Source: Gonapodya sp. JEL0774 (Eukaryota). Taken from it: DNA of 64,000 bases. Made by a program: the position numbers and the translations under genes. The notes beneath the pieces are model-generated. The model saw nothing but the letters and a program-made list of their open reading frames with translations. It had not been told where the DNA came from and made no database searches. Every line of letters starts with the position of its first letter. The stretch's first letter is position 1. Location of the stretch: positions 1 to 64,000 of the forward strand of contig JADIIX010000067.1 of the NCBI GenBank assembly GCA_027604505.1. Direction: 5' to 3'. Of this stretch, positions 51,041 through 64,000 are shown piece after piece.

Positions 51041-54000
51041 ATGGGAGGCTCTAAGCAGAAAAAGCTCAAGCGTGATGCGAAATTGCAAGCTGCTGCTCTC
51101 GCGAGGAAGGCGAAGGCAGAACGGGCAGCAGCCAACAAGAAAGCGTCGAGGTCATTGGCAAAAGAAGAGGGCAACGTGACGAGTATTGAACACGAAGGAC
51201 ACAGCGATGAGCAACTCCCCGAGAGCTTCATTGAGCCAATTGAACAAAATGCATTGAATGCACCTCTGGAAACTACCGACTTCAGAGCTGAAGAAGCAGA
51301 GTGGGAGGACTCTGTGGCGACTCGTGTAATGGAAGGAGACGGACAAGACCAACACCCCGACGATAAGCATTCAGAGACGGAGACGACCAACCATGATACT
51401 TTTGATGGGAAGAGAGGAGTCTCAGAGGGGAAAGATGTGCCAGAGGGATCGTTTTCTCCCGTGGGAATGGACGTAGAAAAAGTCGATTCAATACCTCACC
51501 AGGGCCAGTCCGCTTCTGGGGGCGGTATCGAAGGTGCGAAATTTGTTATATTTATATTGACTACTGGACCGTGAGGCTGATATTGTCATCTCAACTTCAG
51601 GGAGTGAGTTGCAAGCAACAGGGACTTGCCTCTCTGATGAGAACGACAACATTCATGAAGAGAATACCCAATCACTTCACGATCCCGACAATAATTCACT
51701 GAAGCACGCCCAAACCGATGATACGCTTCCGAATGACATTGGAGAAATTCGCGACACCTCAATTCAACCAGTCCACAATGAAGCGGAGGCTGCTCGCATG
51801 GTGAGAGTCGGTTCTTTCATGGAAAAACTGTTGTATCTTCATATCGAAACACTTGTTCCCCAACTCCCTAGTCTCCGTCTCCGAGTTCCGAACTTTCACA
51901 TTTTACCAACCACCAATCTTCCACGACATCTGCACCTGCTCTTCTGAGCGTGTCTCCACTCGCAAAACATGTAGATGCCATGCCGTTTGCGCCTGGGAGC
52001 TCAGAACTTTGGAATCGCGAGTTATCGAGGATTCCGTCTCAGATTCTAGCGGGGGTTTCGGACGCCTCACAATCGCTGTTCCCAGAAGTTGAACACTCTG
52101 AGCTCGGCTCTCAATTTCTCAACCCAGATTCACATCTCCCTGAGGGTGAGTTTTCACAGCGCTTTGATCATGTCATTCTATCAGTCAATCCTTGGCAAAA
52201 ACACTTCAGATCAGGAAGGACGGGAAGATGCTGGCCGATCTTCCTCGCCCATGAAGCCACCAATTTCATCTTCAGTCAAAGCACTCCAGGAAGGTCCATG
52301 TCAAGGCAACGACTCGGTGGCCTCGGTGGCTTCACCACCGCTGGCACAATCAGTAATAACTGGTTTGCCCTCCATTACCGACCTGGCCCAAACACAATGG
52401 GACGTCATAGAGATCCGTCCCCCGGTCTCTCCACCATTCTATTGTCTCCCTTTCGGAAAGATTCTCTTCACAGCCCGGACTGCCATAATGGAAGATATTC
52501 GGTCCGGCGGAAGTGCTCCAGACTTACGTATCGAGTTTCTACCACCGGGGGCACGTGAAGGGTTGCCATGGTGCCGTCTCATGGTGCCCCAAGGAATGGG
52601 CCAGAGGGTGCAAATGGCCGTCGATGAATCAGTCACTGGATGTGGTGCGCAATTCAATGTTATCGAGTCCCGCCCGTACGCTGATGCTGACAAGAATCGA
52701 CAGGACAAAATTGTCGAAGTGAAGAAGAAGGTTTTGAGTCGGGTTGATTTTGGTACGGAGGAGTTCCACGTCCGTGTGTCACTTGAAAGCGTAGTCGGAC
52801 ATCGATTCACACCTGACGGGCCCTCTGAGCAGATCCAGCTGCAACCGGCAATGCGAAGATCAGTGGAAGATACCATGACCGACTTCTTCAATTATTATCC
52901 CGGGATCGAGGAGATAGTTTTCTTTAGTGAGTCCCATGCAGGTTGGCTGTGATCACCGTTGAACCATCATTGTGACTACTTACAAACAAAAGGTTATTGC
53001 TCGGTGGTGTCATTCTCTGACTATCAAAACCTTCAATGCTTCCTCCATGATCTGATTCAGAGCACGAACCTCTCCTGCTCACTGATGCACACAACTACGT
53101 TTAGCGGCGGAGGAGTTCTCTTTGAATGTCCAAAGCCCAAAAACGGCCGTTCAGAAGCTCTTTGGATCGTGATACCGGTGACTAACGGGGCGGAAGATGT
53201 GCTCCCTCCTCCGAGCCTGGAGAATTCTGCATGTGCACCCGCATCAGAACAGGAACATGGCAGGAAACTCACTTCATTCACACTTGGAAGCATGAAATCA
53301 TTCACTGTGCAAAATTTGGTCACAATTCCTTTCAATTTGGATCCAGAAATCCGTCAGGTGGAACAGTCAGCTGATGAAGGGGTGACGAAAGCCTTAGACA
53401 GTCCATTGCCCGCAATCCATTTCCCTCCACTCATCTCTGTCAGCAGCTCTGGGGAGAACCCTCCGTACTCTCGCTACTCGGTGTCTGAGTCCCGACGTGG
53501 ATCCGACTCTCGCTTCGCCGAACACTTCGCAGAGTTCGCACCATCTCGGGTACCTCGGGTTGAGGCCGGAGGGGATAACGTCAATCAGAGTACGTGGAGG
53601 GGTTCCGATCTTGGAGGACTCTCGAAGCAGATCTCGCGTGGCGAGCAGCGGTTGCACTCGGACGGATATCAGGAGGACGAATGTGGCGGTTTCCAAGAAG
53701 CGGCTAGGCGTTCTAAACGCGAGAGTATGAGATGTGTATCCCGGGATGTAAGAGGTATTGGCCCTATTGGTCCTGATGAACACCGCGGCCAAGGAAGAGG
53801 AGGGAACTTCTTCCAGTATGCTGGTGGCGTTGAAATATACGGAGGTGGAAACTCCTCGAGTCGCGGAAGGGGAACCGGAAGGAGAGGGCCAAGAGGATCA
53901 CGACAATTCGAAAGGGTCCAACGCCGTGGTAATGATAGCAATTGGCAGCAGTTCTCAGGGGATGTATCAGTGGGAGTAGGGAACCACGATCCACTTGGTG

Positions 54001-54853
54001 ACGGCTCGGCAGGCGAACCCATACAACATGCAGATGCCTTAGAGATCCGACGGCAGGAACTAACGGATGGGCGGAACCGGGTGAGCAAGCGAGGTGGTCG
54101 CTGTGGTGGCCGGAACAGTCACGAAAGTCGGGAAGAGGCACCTAAGCACAGCATCGCGCCGGAGATCATGGATGTGGTAAGAGCAAAAAAATTTGCGGTC
54201 GTACTGTTGTGTAAACATACTGGATGTGCCTTCACCATCAACAGCCCAACATTGCGCCACCGAGAGAAATCGCAGCAGAAAACTCACAAGAGACGATAGT
54301 GAACGACGGAGGAAGGGAAGATTTCTCCGATACTCAAGGTAGCCAAGCCGCGAGCACATCAGATACGTGGTGAATCTTATCAAACACGTGCTATCCATGC
54401 AGGAACGCCACCGATTGAGTCAGGGCCTCAAAGTTTCGTGGCTACACAGTACGTTGATCTGTTTCCAAAACTTAGTCAATCTGCTCTCTCATCCTTTCGA
54501 GCTGGTAGCTTTCCGAGTTGGAGCCGTGACAAGCCCGACCAAGTCATGGAAGCGATCAAAGCTTACGGTGAAGTCGTCAAGTACGAGTTTTATGAGCCGG
54601 ACGAGCAGTACCCGCACCACAAGCTTTTGGTGCAATTGAAGGTGAGCAGTCGGTAAGCGGGCTTGTGCCACCCGATTAGATTGAAACTTCCGTGTCGAAC
54701 ACGTCCCTCCCATCTTAGAACCCAAGTTCTTTGCTTTCAAGACGCACGCCCATATTCATTCAAGAATTCAAGCATCCAATTTGGATTGAGCAGGAAGAAA
54801 CGTGGGATCCAGAGTACCAGTTGCTGATGAGTGCGAGGCGTCGCCGCTGGTGA
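51041..54853 (+). CDS. Hypothetical multi-exon protein with divergent RRM-like segments and an RG-rich region
   Basis: Long ORFs 51017-51574, 51609-, 52089-52952 and 52959-54299, plus later exons, are bounded by splice signals. Internal exon boundaries are approximate. Confidence 0.55.
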
Positions 54854-55411
54854 TATTCTGTTGGAAGTATAGAAAAATTCTGCTTGCCTTTATTTGATCC
54901 ATAAACACCAAATCAAAATCGCGAATACACGAAATCATATCACAAACGCAATGTAATTCATTGCACACTTGGTTCCGTATCACCGTGGAATCCCAGTGGT
55001 TCAGATTTGATCCCACATTCACATGCAGGCCGCAATAACAAACACAAACGAGCTCGGAGATTTGGATGCGGGCAATCACGACTCGTGCGTGCCGCGAGGT
55101 CAGCATATATTCGAAGGCCCCATTGTCAGCTGTCGTTGACGTGGCTGTCATGGCGAGACGTCACATGACAAGTTCACCAAGAACTACGTGTGTTTCATCT
55201 ACTCTTGGTACGCACTTTGTTGTGTATAAATGCATTTATTTTGAGGTAATTTCGATTTAGGTTCGACCCTTCCCCTCCAGATCTTGGGGCAGCCTCACGG
55301 ATGTCGTTCCCACGAGGCAGGCCACAGCCAGGACCACCACGGCGAAAAAGAGATCGGCGAACATTTTTGTATTGGCATCTCGCGCCATCAAAGTCGATTC
55401 CGGATTCTACG

Positions 55412-57024
55412 ATGAGCGCCGAGAAAGCCCCGAAGATAACGGGCTTCGTCCCTCGCTCCTTTGCGCTGCCCAATAAGGATGAAATCACGTTGGCAACACT
55501 CAAGAAAGCCATACCTTCCCACTGCTTCGAGCGATCCGTCATGATTTCGTTCCAGTACCTCATGCAAGATTGCGCGATTATGGCCGCGTTATGGTGGTTC
55601 GCGCATGAAATCCTCGACGGGGGCAGCTTCGGAGGTGGGGGTGGTGTCTTGGAGGGTTACCCGTTCCTTGTCAGGGCAAGTGTCTGGGCGCTGTGGCAGT
55701 TCGCGGCAGGCGCTGTTATGTTTGGGCTCTGGATCGTCGCACACGGTGAGCTTGATGGCACTTGATGAGATAATGTGGGTTGTGGTGGATATAAATAGAT
55801 ATATCCATTACTCGCGAACGGATATGTTGGACAACCAAAGAATGCGGTCACGGAGCGTTCTCCGACTACCCCATCCTCAACCACACTGTCGGCTACTTCG
55901 TCCACACCCTTCTCCTGGTCCCGTACTTCTCTTGGCAAATCAGTCACAGCCACCACCACCACTTCACCGGCCACCACGTCAAAGACGAGGCATTCGTGCC
56001 ACCTAACCGTACACAGCACCTGGGCAAACCCATTAGCAAAGGGAGTGCGGAAGCCATGTACTACGACACGGACAAGGAGCGAGAGGCCCTTCCGGCGGAT
56101 GACAAAGGCGTTTTGAGCACGCGATGGGGAAATCTACTGGCTCTTGTCACCATGTGGACCGTAGCATTCCCTCTATATCTGCTCACGCACATTCAGGGAC
56201 GTGACTATGGAAGGTGACTCTGTCGAAAGAAACTCCCTGAGGAATCCGCCACTCTCTCGCTCACTCCTGCTCCCCAAGGTTCACAAACCACTACGATCCC
56301 ATGTCGCCCCTCTTCCTCCCCAAGCAAAGAATTTTGATCGTCGCAAGTGACCTCGGGATTCTTGCTGTCCTCCTAGCTTGCGGCCAGTGGGCGCGCGTCG
56401 CAGGAATCTCTGTGGTGGCGCGATACTATATAATCCCTTACCTCTGGACAAACTTCTGGCTCACAACCATTACCCTCTTGCAGGTGAGCGGATTGTGACC
56501 ATATCTCTTTGTCCACTCGTTGTGGTTTTATGAGAAAAATATTCTTGTTTGGGGGTGATGTTTTAGCACACCGACTCTCGGCTCCCTCACTACAAAGACA
56601 CGGAATGGTCATACATCCGCGGCGCTCTCTGCACCGTTGACCGTGATTTCGGCATCTTCAACCACATTCACCACAATATGTACGTTGACTTTCGAGCCTC
56701 GAATGAATCTTTGACGCCTGGACCCCGTCCTCGCATTCCATCCCTACAGCGCCGACACCCACATTGCCCACCACCTTTTCCCCACCATTCCTCACTACCA
56801 CGCCACCGAGGCCACCTACCACCTCCGCAAGGTCCTCGAGCCTGCCGGTTTGTACACCCACGACGAAGGTTCCTGGCTCTACGCCGCGTGGAGCGCGTAC
56901 AGGAACTGCCGATTCGTGGAGGATGAAGGTGAGGCGTCACTGCTTGATAGTGATGTATGGAACGTTGGTTTGTGACACATGGTTACCTGTCGTTTCAGGC
57001 GACGTGTTGTTCTTCAGGCGATGA
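55412..57024 (+). CDS. FAD2: Delta-12/omega-6 (or bifunctional delta-12/15) fatty acid desaturase
   Basis: [12 protein letters not shown]. Three His boxes: [31 protein letters not shown] and [18 protein letters not shown]. Also ITLLQHTD and [16 protein letters not shown]. Confidence 0.95.
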
Positions 57025-57452
57025 AGTGGCAGAGATACCGAGTAAATATCTAACATAGACTGACCGCTAGATGAGAGGAACAAATTAGATGACATAGAGA
57101 CCATTGTTTCCTTTTCGGAATATCCATGTCTCGGTTCAGAAATTCTTGATGCACACGTTACATAGTTTGCACCAACAGAAAATACTGCGTTCCACCGACT
57201 TAAACTCACAAAACTCTCCGTCCACGCTTTGAAAGTCTTGAGAGTGGTAAATTTACATCCTCGTGCGAATGCCGAAATTGCACACCTGGAGACGTGGCTG
57301 CCCTTTGTGGGCATCCGTTCGGTCGATCGCCGCTCCCGGGCGGCACCTCCAACAGAAGGGGAGATGGTATTGAGCAAAATATGTTGCCGAATCAACAAGA
57401 TGATCACTATGTCTTTCAGAAGTAAAATTCCATGCACTCCAGCTCTTCTGTA

Positions 57453-57468
57453 CGTATATATATATACG
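57453..57468. repeat. 16-bp perfect palindrome CG(TA)6CG, possibly TATA-like, about 240 bp upstream of TAO3
   Basis: cgtatatatatatacg read directly from the sequence. Confidence 0.6.
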
Positions 57469-57710
57469 AAAGCATTACAACACAGGCTGCCTCCACGACT
57501 ACCACAAGCGAGGTAGCGTGCTCTCTTTTTACGAATTAGAGATCAACATGAACGCTGTTGTCTTTCGGTGATTGGGAGCACTTGGTCATCCAGAGGAGTG
57601 CTGTGAATGGGGGGACTACCTGTCATTCATTCGGTGAATCAGCCCCTCAAGTTCCAATCCGCCGTTTCAAAACCCCATCATCGAAAAAACTCTGGGGTCA
57701 TCGATCCGAT

Positions 57711-60700
57711 ATGGATGGGCAACGGACGGGACGAACGATTCCTTTGATCGTGATACCCCCACCCCCTGGTGGAGGTGCTGGTAGCGAATCAAGCAACTCC
57801 TACCAGCAGCCCACCAGGCCGCTGTCTTCTGCATTTGGGTCAGGGGCGCCTTCTGTATCTCGTTCCAGTACTTTCGATGGATTCCAGGGATTCCCCGCGG
57901 GAAACTCGTCTTCAACTGCCCAACCTGCCGTGGAGATGCCTGGTCGAAGAACCCCAATCCAAATAGTGATTCCTCCAGTGGGAACAGGTCGAGCGACGTC
58001 AGGCTCAGCGCAGCAAACAAGTCCTGTAACCAGGAAGAGCATTGATCAACCAGGCCGGAGGACGGCTGGTGGAGGAAGACTTCGCTCGACGAGCCTTCCC
58101 GGGGTACCCATTTCCTCCGTGCCGGACACGGATGATGAAGCTGGCAGCTCTGTTCCTAAAGAAGTTGAGAGACCCAATCCTTTTGCTGGATTTTCGTTTG
58201 AAGCCGCAGCAAAGGCACCGAGCAACGGAGCTAGTGCGTCCAGTTATGGAGCCCGGGATAGGGACAGGGAAGAAGGACACAACTCACACACACGTGAATC
58301 AACTGCTGAAACACATCATGGAGGAAGTTCCGCGGGGGGCAGGAAGGGTCCCACCTGGCTCGTTCTGCAGGACCTCATGTCGGAGTTCGTCCGTATGGCG
58401 GAGATCAAGAGTGCGAGTGTATTGGCACTGAGTGTCACGGTGAGTCATTCAAAACTGACACCTTGCTTGAGCTCGCGAATTGCACGTTGTACCGTACCGC
58501 CATGTATTCCGAGCGTCACCACACCTACTTTCGCAATGAACACGTCTGTCCAGACTCACGTCGTTTTATCACGTCATTGCTCTAACACCCGCCAACCATC
58601 CTCTCCCATCATGCAGGATCGGGATCCAGACCTTTCAATACACATACGCCCTGGTGTGGACCCTGCTTTTGATCGCGTGGTCGGCTCCCTTGGGCGGATG
58701 TCCCGCCACTACCCAAAACTGGTTCTGGACTCGATCATGGTGTGGCGGAAAACCAAGAGCGAATCTGCGGAGGAGCAAAGCGATTGGGAGTCTGATACCT
58801 CTTCGATGATCTCAGGACGGCGGTCGCTTGACGAGCGCAACCGGTCGATGCTGAAAGAAAGACGTTCCGTAAGTAACTGCTGTGTAGTTTCACTAGACTC
58901 CTTTTCATAATCATTTTCGCTCTTGAAGCTTGTCGCCAACTTTATTCTGTGCCGTGCGCTTCACGAAATCATCCGTAACAACGAAGCTAACCCGCGTGGA
59001 TTTCCTCCAGATTTGGGAGCCAAGTTCGAGGACATGCTCTTTGGGCAACTCATCAACAGCGATCCGTGAGTGCTTGTAGTTTGTAGGCAGTATGAGATTA
59101 GCACAATCAATCCTCTGTCCACCCGACGTGCATTTCAGAGAACTTCTCGCCATCTCACCGAATCGGCAAGCGAACTTTGAAATGTTCGCTCAAGTCATCG
59201 GTGTACTCTCGAAGATTAGGTGGGCTGATCGTCTCCGTATTACCGACACTGGTCCTATCGTCATGGTTATGGTCATCGCACAAGATTCTCATCTGTGGCC
59301 GATAAGTTTACCGCGGAGCTACCAAAGTTGGTACAAGCTAAGGAGGGGAAGCTAGAGTTGTTCTTGAGTGCCACTAGATTCCTATCTCTCAAAGTGAGTT
59401 GGAGCCTCCTTTCAAATGTTTCCACCCACCGGAGCACACCTCTGATCTACCCACCAGCTCTATCCGGTTGAAGCACTCGAAGAATCCGCAGACTTCATCG
59501 AAACCCTCGCGCACCACTTCCACAATGCACACACCCAACGTACCAAGCATGCCTATGCAGAGGTTCTGGTCGAACTCTTGGAGCCTATTGGAGCACAAGC
59601 CACTGCGGATGTGAATGTGCAACAGTGGGCCAAAGCCGTCGAGGCATTGTATTCCAGAACACTTAAGCTGGCAGGAAAGCCGCGACATTACTCGGTGGCT
59701 GTGCCATTACTCGCCACCGTTTTGTCAGTTGCGCCAAAAGCTCTCTTTCTCAATAATTGGGGTACATTTGTGGACTTTTTCTTGACCAGACTCAAGGAAA
59801 AGACGTTGACAATCAGGAGGCTTGCTCTCACGTGTCTTTCGCGAGTGGTTTGGGTTTACCTGTTTCGGTGCGGAGAGGCATCATTGTCGAATGTGCAAAA
59901 GAAGTTGGAGCACATATTCCGGTAAGTCTGTGCTACTTTGATTCGAAGATTCCCTCACCCAACTTAGCACGAATGTTCAATTCTTTTAGTTACCTTCTTC
60001 CGCCACGGAGGAGAGATGTCTATCCTCAAGAAACTCCAGGTACTGTGGAAGTGCTCAGTCGCATGATTGCATATGTTGGCAACAAGCATTGGGAGTATGC
60101 TGTGGACTCACTCGTTCTACCCTTGCTTAATCACGATCACCAACCTTCATCGAACGTGGGCACAAGCACCTTGATGCTTCCTGGGACAATGGCCACGATG
60201 GCAACCACTGCGATGAGTTATGGAGTGCCGAGTGGAACTTACGCAACTGGGATATCTTTTGCACCTTCCAGTATTGCTCCGAGTATTATGTCGAGCTTGG
60301 ACGATGGAACTGATCCGACTTTGGCGCCTGAGCGGATGGTAGCAGCTCTAAGGGGATTCATGATGATGCTTGCAGACGTTGAAACAGCAGCAGTTGCTTC
60401 AATCAACGAAGTACTACCCAGCCGGTCGAGAGCTGAGTCTGTGGGGAGCAATGGGAAGGGGTTGTCTGGCCGTATGGTGATTCCGGTGCCAACGTTCCCT
60501 GGACTTCTCTCCGAGACAGACCTAAAGCCATCCAATTTTGCCAAGTTTGGTTCCGGAGACTGGGAATTCTTGCGTCGGGCGTCTGCCGCGCTATCGCTTG
60601 GGGTGAGTATGGTTTGTTCCCTCAGGTCAGGAACACTTGAATCTTCTCTTCTTACAGGCGTCGTCCGAGCGTTCACTCACTGCTTCAAGTAACTCACCAG

Positions 60701-63700
60701 TTGTTAAGCAATCGACCTTTACTGGAATCTTCCCTGACGGAGATGAAGCCGTTCCAATCCCTGCCGGTGCCCTTTCATCAATGGTATCTGATCGTATGGG
60801 ATTCTCAGCACTAGACTCGCTCAACACTGTCAATGTCCTCCTTGGTCGACTGCTTCTCAACGTCGATCTCAGTGTTGGCGGAATGTTGGTATTGCTTAAC
60901 AGCAATCTTTGGTCTGGCGTAAACCGTGACAGAGAACGAGACGAAAACCATCGACTAAGCATGGCGTCGAGCGTGTCAAACTCTTCCGGTGGAAGGGAAA
61001 GCTTCGCTTCCTCTCGAACGTCAGTCAAGCGTGTGTCATCCGGCCCAGGTTCAGAGTCAAGTTTCGATCTCTCTGGCGCGTCCCCTCCAACCCAAAGCAT
61101 ACTCCCAGGAGCAGTGCCGTTGAAGAAAGCCCCACACATTGAGCTAGCAAAAACAATTATTTCGTGCGTTCCACGATGTTGCCCCACTTCCTTGACACCG
61201 GAATTGGTGGTCGACTTGCTTTCGAAGTACCTTCTACATGCTGATGAGGGAATACGAAAGGCAAGCTCAGCAGCGCTCATCCGAATATCAAAAATTGAAG
61301 AAGTCGGAGGCGACGCTGCATGGTGGGTCAACGACCGAATCGACGATACGGAAAACTCGCGATCTCGGACTCCATCAATGTCGGGGCCCCGCTTTCAGTG
61401 GAATAGCGTAGAGGAGATGGTCGCGCGTGTCTGCACAGAATCATTACTCTCATTTGAATCAGAGCACATGCCTGAGTTTGTCTTCTTGCTCGGGAGGAGT
61501 GACGATTTCGATTCAGAAGGGACAGGCAACCTCTTTGATAATGGATACAAGACCATTGTGCAGCTTTCGGAGCTGTGGGCTGCGGAACGTAAGGACGCTT
61601 TCGAAAGGTTAGTTCCTTCATTTCCAAGGGCCTGTCGTACTACTAAACGTCTTCGCCAACAGTATGAGCAATGATGTTGATTCGGCTCTCTCTCCAAGGG
61701 ATCCAGACATAGTGAATCTTGCAATCGAAGAGATCGAAAGTTGGGGGCTTACGCTATTGTTCGGACCCCTTCCACCAGTTCGCAAATATGGATTACAGCT
61801 GCTTCGGATTGCAGCGAATCTGATGGATGACACTCTCGGGCCACCACCCTCACCACCTGCTTTCCTTGCAAGTCCTCTCATTGGAGGAATCGACCTGAAG
61901 AGCCCTTTTGGCAACTATATCACTAACAGGGAGCTGAGGATCATCCATATAATGGAACTGTTCAGTGACGAGCTAGTCGAGAAACACTTCAAAGGCATCT
62001 CCGCATCGGTGGTTGCAGGAGAAGCTGCAAAACTTCAGGAAGTGGCGCGCCGCTCTCGGCTCTCCGGAAAGCAAGGTCTTGCAGCTGTCGCAATGAGTGA
62101 AGATCAGCAGGATGCTGGAATCTGGAACCGCTGTGTTTCCGATCTCGCCGTTTTGTTCGTGAAGCATGGCAGTAAAGAGGTTCTCACCAACACGCTAACC
62201 CGAATCGGCCGAAGGATAGTTCAAATGATGCCTCATATTGTGGCGGCTGCCGATCAAACCACCCCGCCCCCTGAGAAAAGCACCTCCGCGATTGTAACGT
62301 GGGCCACGACCCCCTACCGTGTACTCGTTCCTCTTACGAAGTTCGGTTCCCAACCTCAGATGGCTGTCCCTCCCGCTACTGATGATATGGTGCAACAATG
62401 GAAGACTTGTCTTATATTCGCAATGGCAGCACTGGACTTCGTTTCTCCAAAGAGCGCCGAGGGGCTTCAGTGGGAGAGTGCACTGCGGCGCGATCAGTTC
62501 ATTGGACTTGCCGCTGCAGCGACGACCACACGCTCGTCAATTACATCGTCAAAGGCGCTGTTTCAGTTAGTTCTCCCACTACTTTCTACAGAGAAACTCT
62601 CAATCAGGGGAGGCATAATTACTGCGCTTGGATGCGTTACAATTTCAAACTATTACCCGTTATTTCAAGAACTCCAGCCATTGATGGCAGTTATTGCAGA
62701 TGATCACCACCAGCGATTCGGTGGAAGTGCCATGGAGCAAGGCTTTGGTCAAAGAATGCCAATGACTGTGTCGCAGCAACCTCGACCTCGATCAACAAGT
62801 GGCTTGTTGGCACTGGCTTCTAGTAGCTCACAGATGAACGCTGCAGCAAAGAAGATTGAGCGGCTTCGCACCGAGGTCGCGCACTTGTTTTCGCTCACTT
62901 CTTGCTTCGTGATGGATGACAAATGCAGGAAAGACCCCGCCGTTCTCTCCTCAGTCGCTCAATATATCATACAAGGCTCAAGGTTTCTCAGCGACCCTAC
63001 AGTCCAAACAGACTGGACCTTTCTCCTTTATCGTTATCACTTTTGCAGTCTGGTATGTCGACCCTATTTATGCGTACGGATTGGTACGGAACGTCAACGA
63101 GCTTTACAATGTTCAAGGTTGAAAAACTCTACAAGTTGTGCTCACCAAGCTCAATTCCCGAAGAGCAACACCCTCAGTTCCTCAATTTGGAGTCTCATTT
63201 CACGGTCGAGATTCGTGGGACAACGGCCGAAGTACGAATTCGGGAACTATTCTCCTCGGAAATGCGACATCTATTGTTCAAGCTCGCCGAAAGGTAAGAT
63301 TTCTGATAAGTGTCGAACCCTTTGCTGATGTTTAAACCATTCTGATGGATTTCTGCAGCTGGTGTGGTCATGGTCCGATGGGTCCCTTAACACTGGCAAG
63401 AGATACAAGAACCATCAATACAGCCATTGAAATTATCAGAGATCCTCGAGAACGATCAAACTTGGCGATAACCATGCACGAACAACGTCAGCTCCTCGAA
63501 TACGCCGCTCTGAAATGTATGACCGTATTGTTAAGGGGGCCTCTCGTCGCAACAGAACGTAACTCGGAGACTTCTGGCAGAGATGAGAACGCGATGAGAC
63601 GAAAGGGCCGACACTCGAAAAATGTCTCAGAAGGGGGCAACAACGATGATTTAAGAACTGCAGCGACATTGGTTGATGCCACGGATGAAGTGGGGGAACC

Positions 63701-64000
63701 TTCTGGCTCCTTCGACATTGAATCTGTCTTTTTGTGGATTGAATCATTATGTGAGCTATAAACTCGCATTTTGTGGATGGCACTCGCTCATAAGTTTCCG
63801 AAAGTCAAAGGATCCGACCAAACCATCCAGGCAATAGGGAGAACAGCTTTGAAAGCTCTCATTGAAAGCAGCAAAGATGACGGCGCGCTTATTGTACGGC
63901 TGATGAAACACTGTTACGTGCCAGGGAATGCCATTTTCGACCGAGCCTGTTTCACTGGGTTGGCAGATGCAATGAGCACAATTGAAGACTTCCGGTGCCG
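57711..64000 (+). CDS. TAO3: Cell morphogenesis scaffold Tao3/Mor2/Furry (RAM/MOR network), 5' part; runs off the window
   Basis: LMSEFVRMAEIK, IRPGVDPAFDRVVGSLG....PKLVLDSIMVWRK, ERRSLVANFILCRAL.EI, RQANFEMFAQVIGVLSKIRF, SRVVWVYLFRC, PERMVAALRGF, QQWKTCLIFA and WCGHG. Confidence 0.92.

Noticed and set aside
1..64000. CRISPR array, prokaryotic operon/defence system, rRNA or intact transposon
   Set aside because: No repeat-spacer arrays, rRNA signatures, RT/integrase/transposase ORFs or terminal repeats seen. The DNA is spliceosomal-intron-rich and eukaryotic.
1..64000. Selenoprotein (in-frame UGA) or altered genetic code, since some basal fungi use Sec
   Set aside because: All recognisable genes reconstruct with the standard code once introns are removed, and no UGA falls at a conserved Cys position. 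I did not run a SECIS search.
1..64000. U12-type introns (RTATCCT donors)
   Set aside because: The GTATCC hits I checked (e.g. near 48336, 22959 and the minus strand near 38134) lie within coding exons, not at donors.

Overview
Eukaryotic, gene-dense, intron-rich nuclear DNA with short GT-AG introns (mostly about 55-100 nt). The ORF track fragments most genes, so I rebuilt gene models by hand. A fungal-type Trl1 tRNA ligase and a Prm1 homologue indicate a fungus. A stand-alone RapGAP, PHYHD1, CSN8 and very high intron density suggest an early-diverging, possibly chytrid-like lineage (inference only). About 24 protein-coding genes are present: Q-rich partial ORF, SDR, MINPP-type phytase, F-box/ankyrin, PHYHD1, a large disordered protein, two tandem ABM monooxygenases, TRL1, an unknown protein, PRM1, RapGAP, a coiled-coil protein, an RRM protein, another unknown protein, an AMPK/MARK-like kinase, UBC6, a DHA2 MFS transporter, a cyclin, CSN8, a sugar porter, a divergent multi-RRM-like protein, a delta-12-type desaturase and TAO3/MOR2 (runs off the end). 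I saw no rRNA, tRNA, CRISPR or intact mobile element, and no clear novel multi-gene system. The most notable points are: ABM paralogues with reciprocal private introns, 7/8/13-nt micro-exons, a Prm1 homologue, an SCB/MCB/E2F site cluster upstream of the cyclin, and a candidate new PP1-targeting protein.
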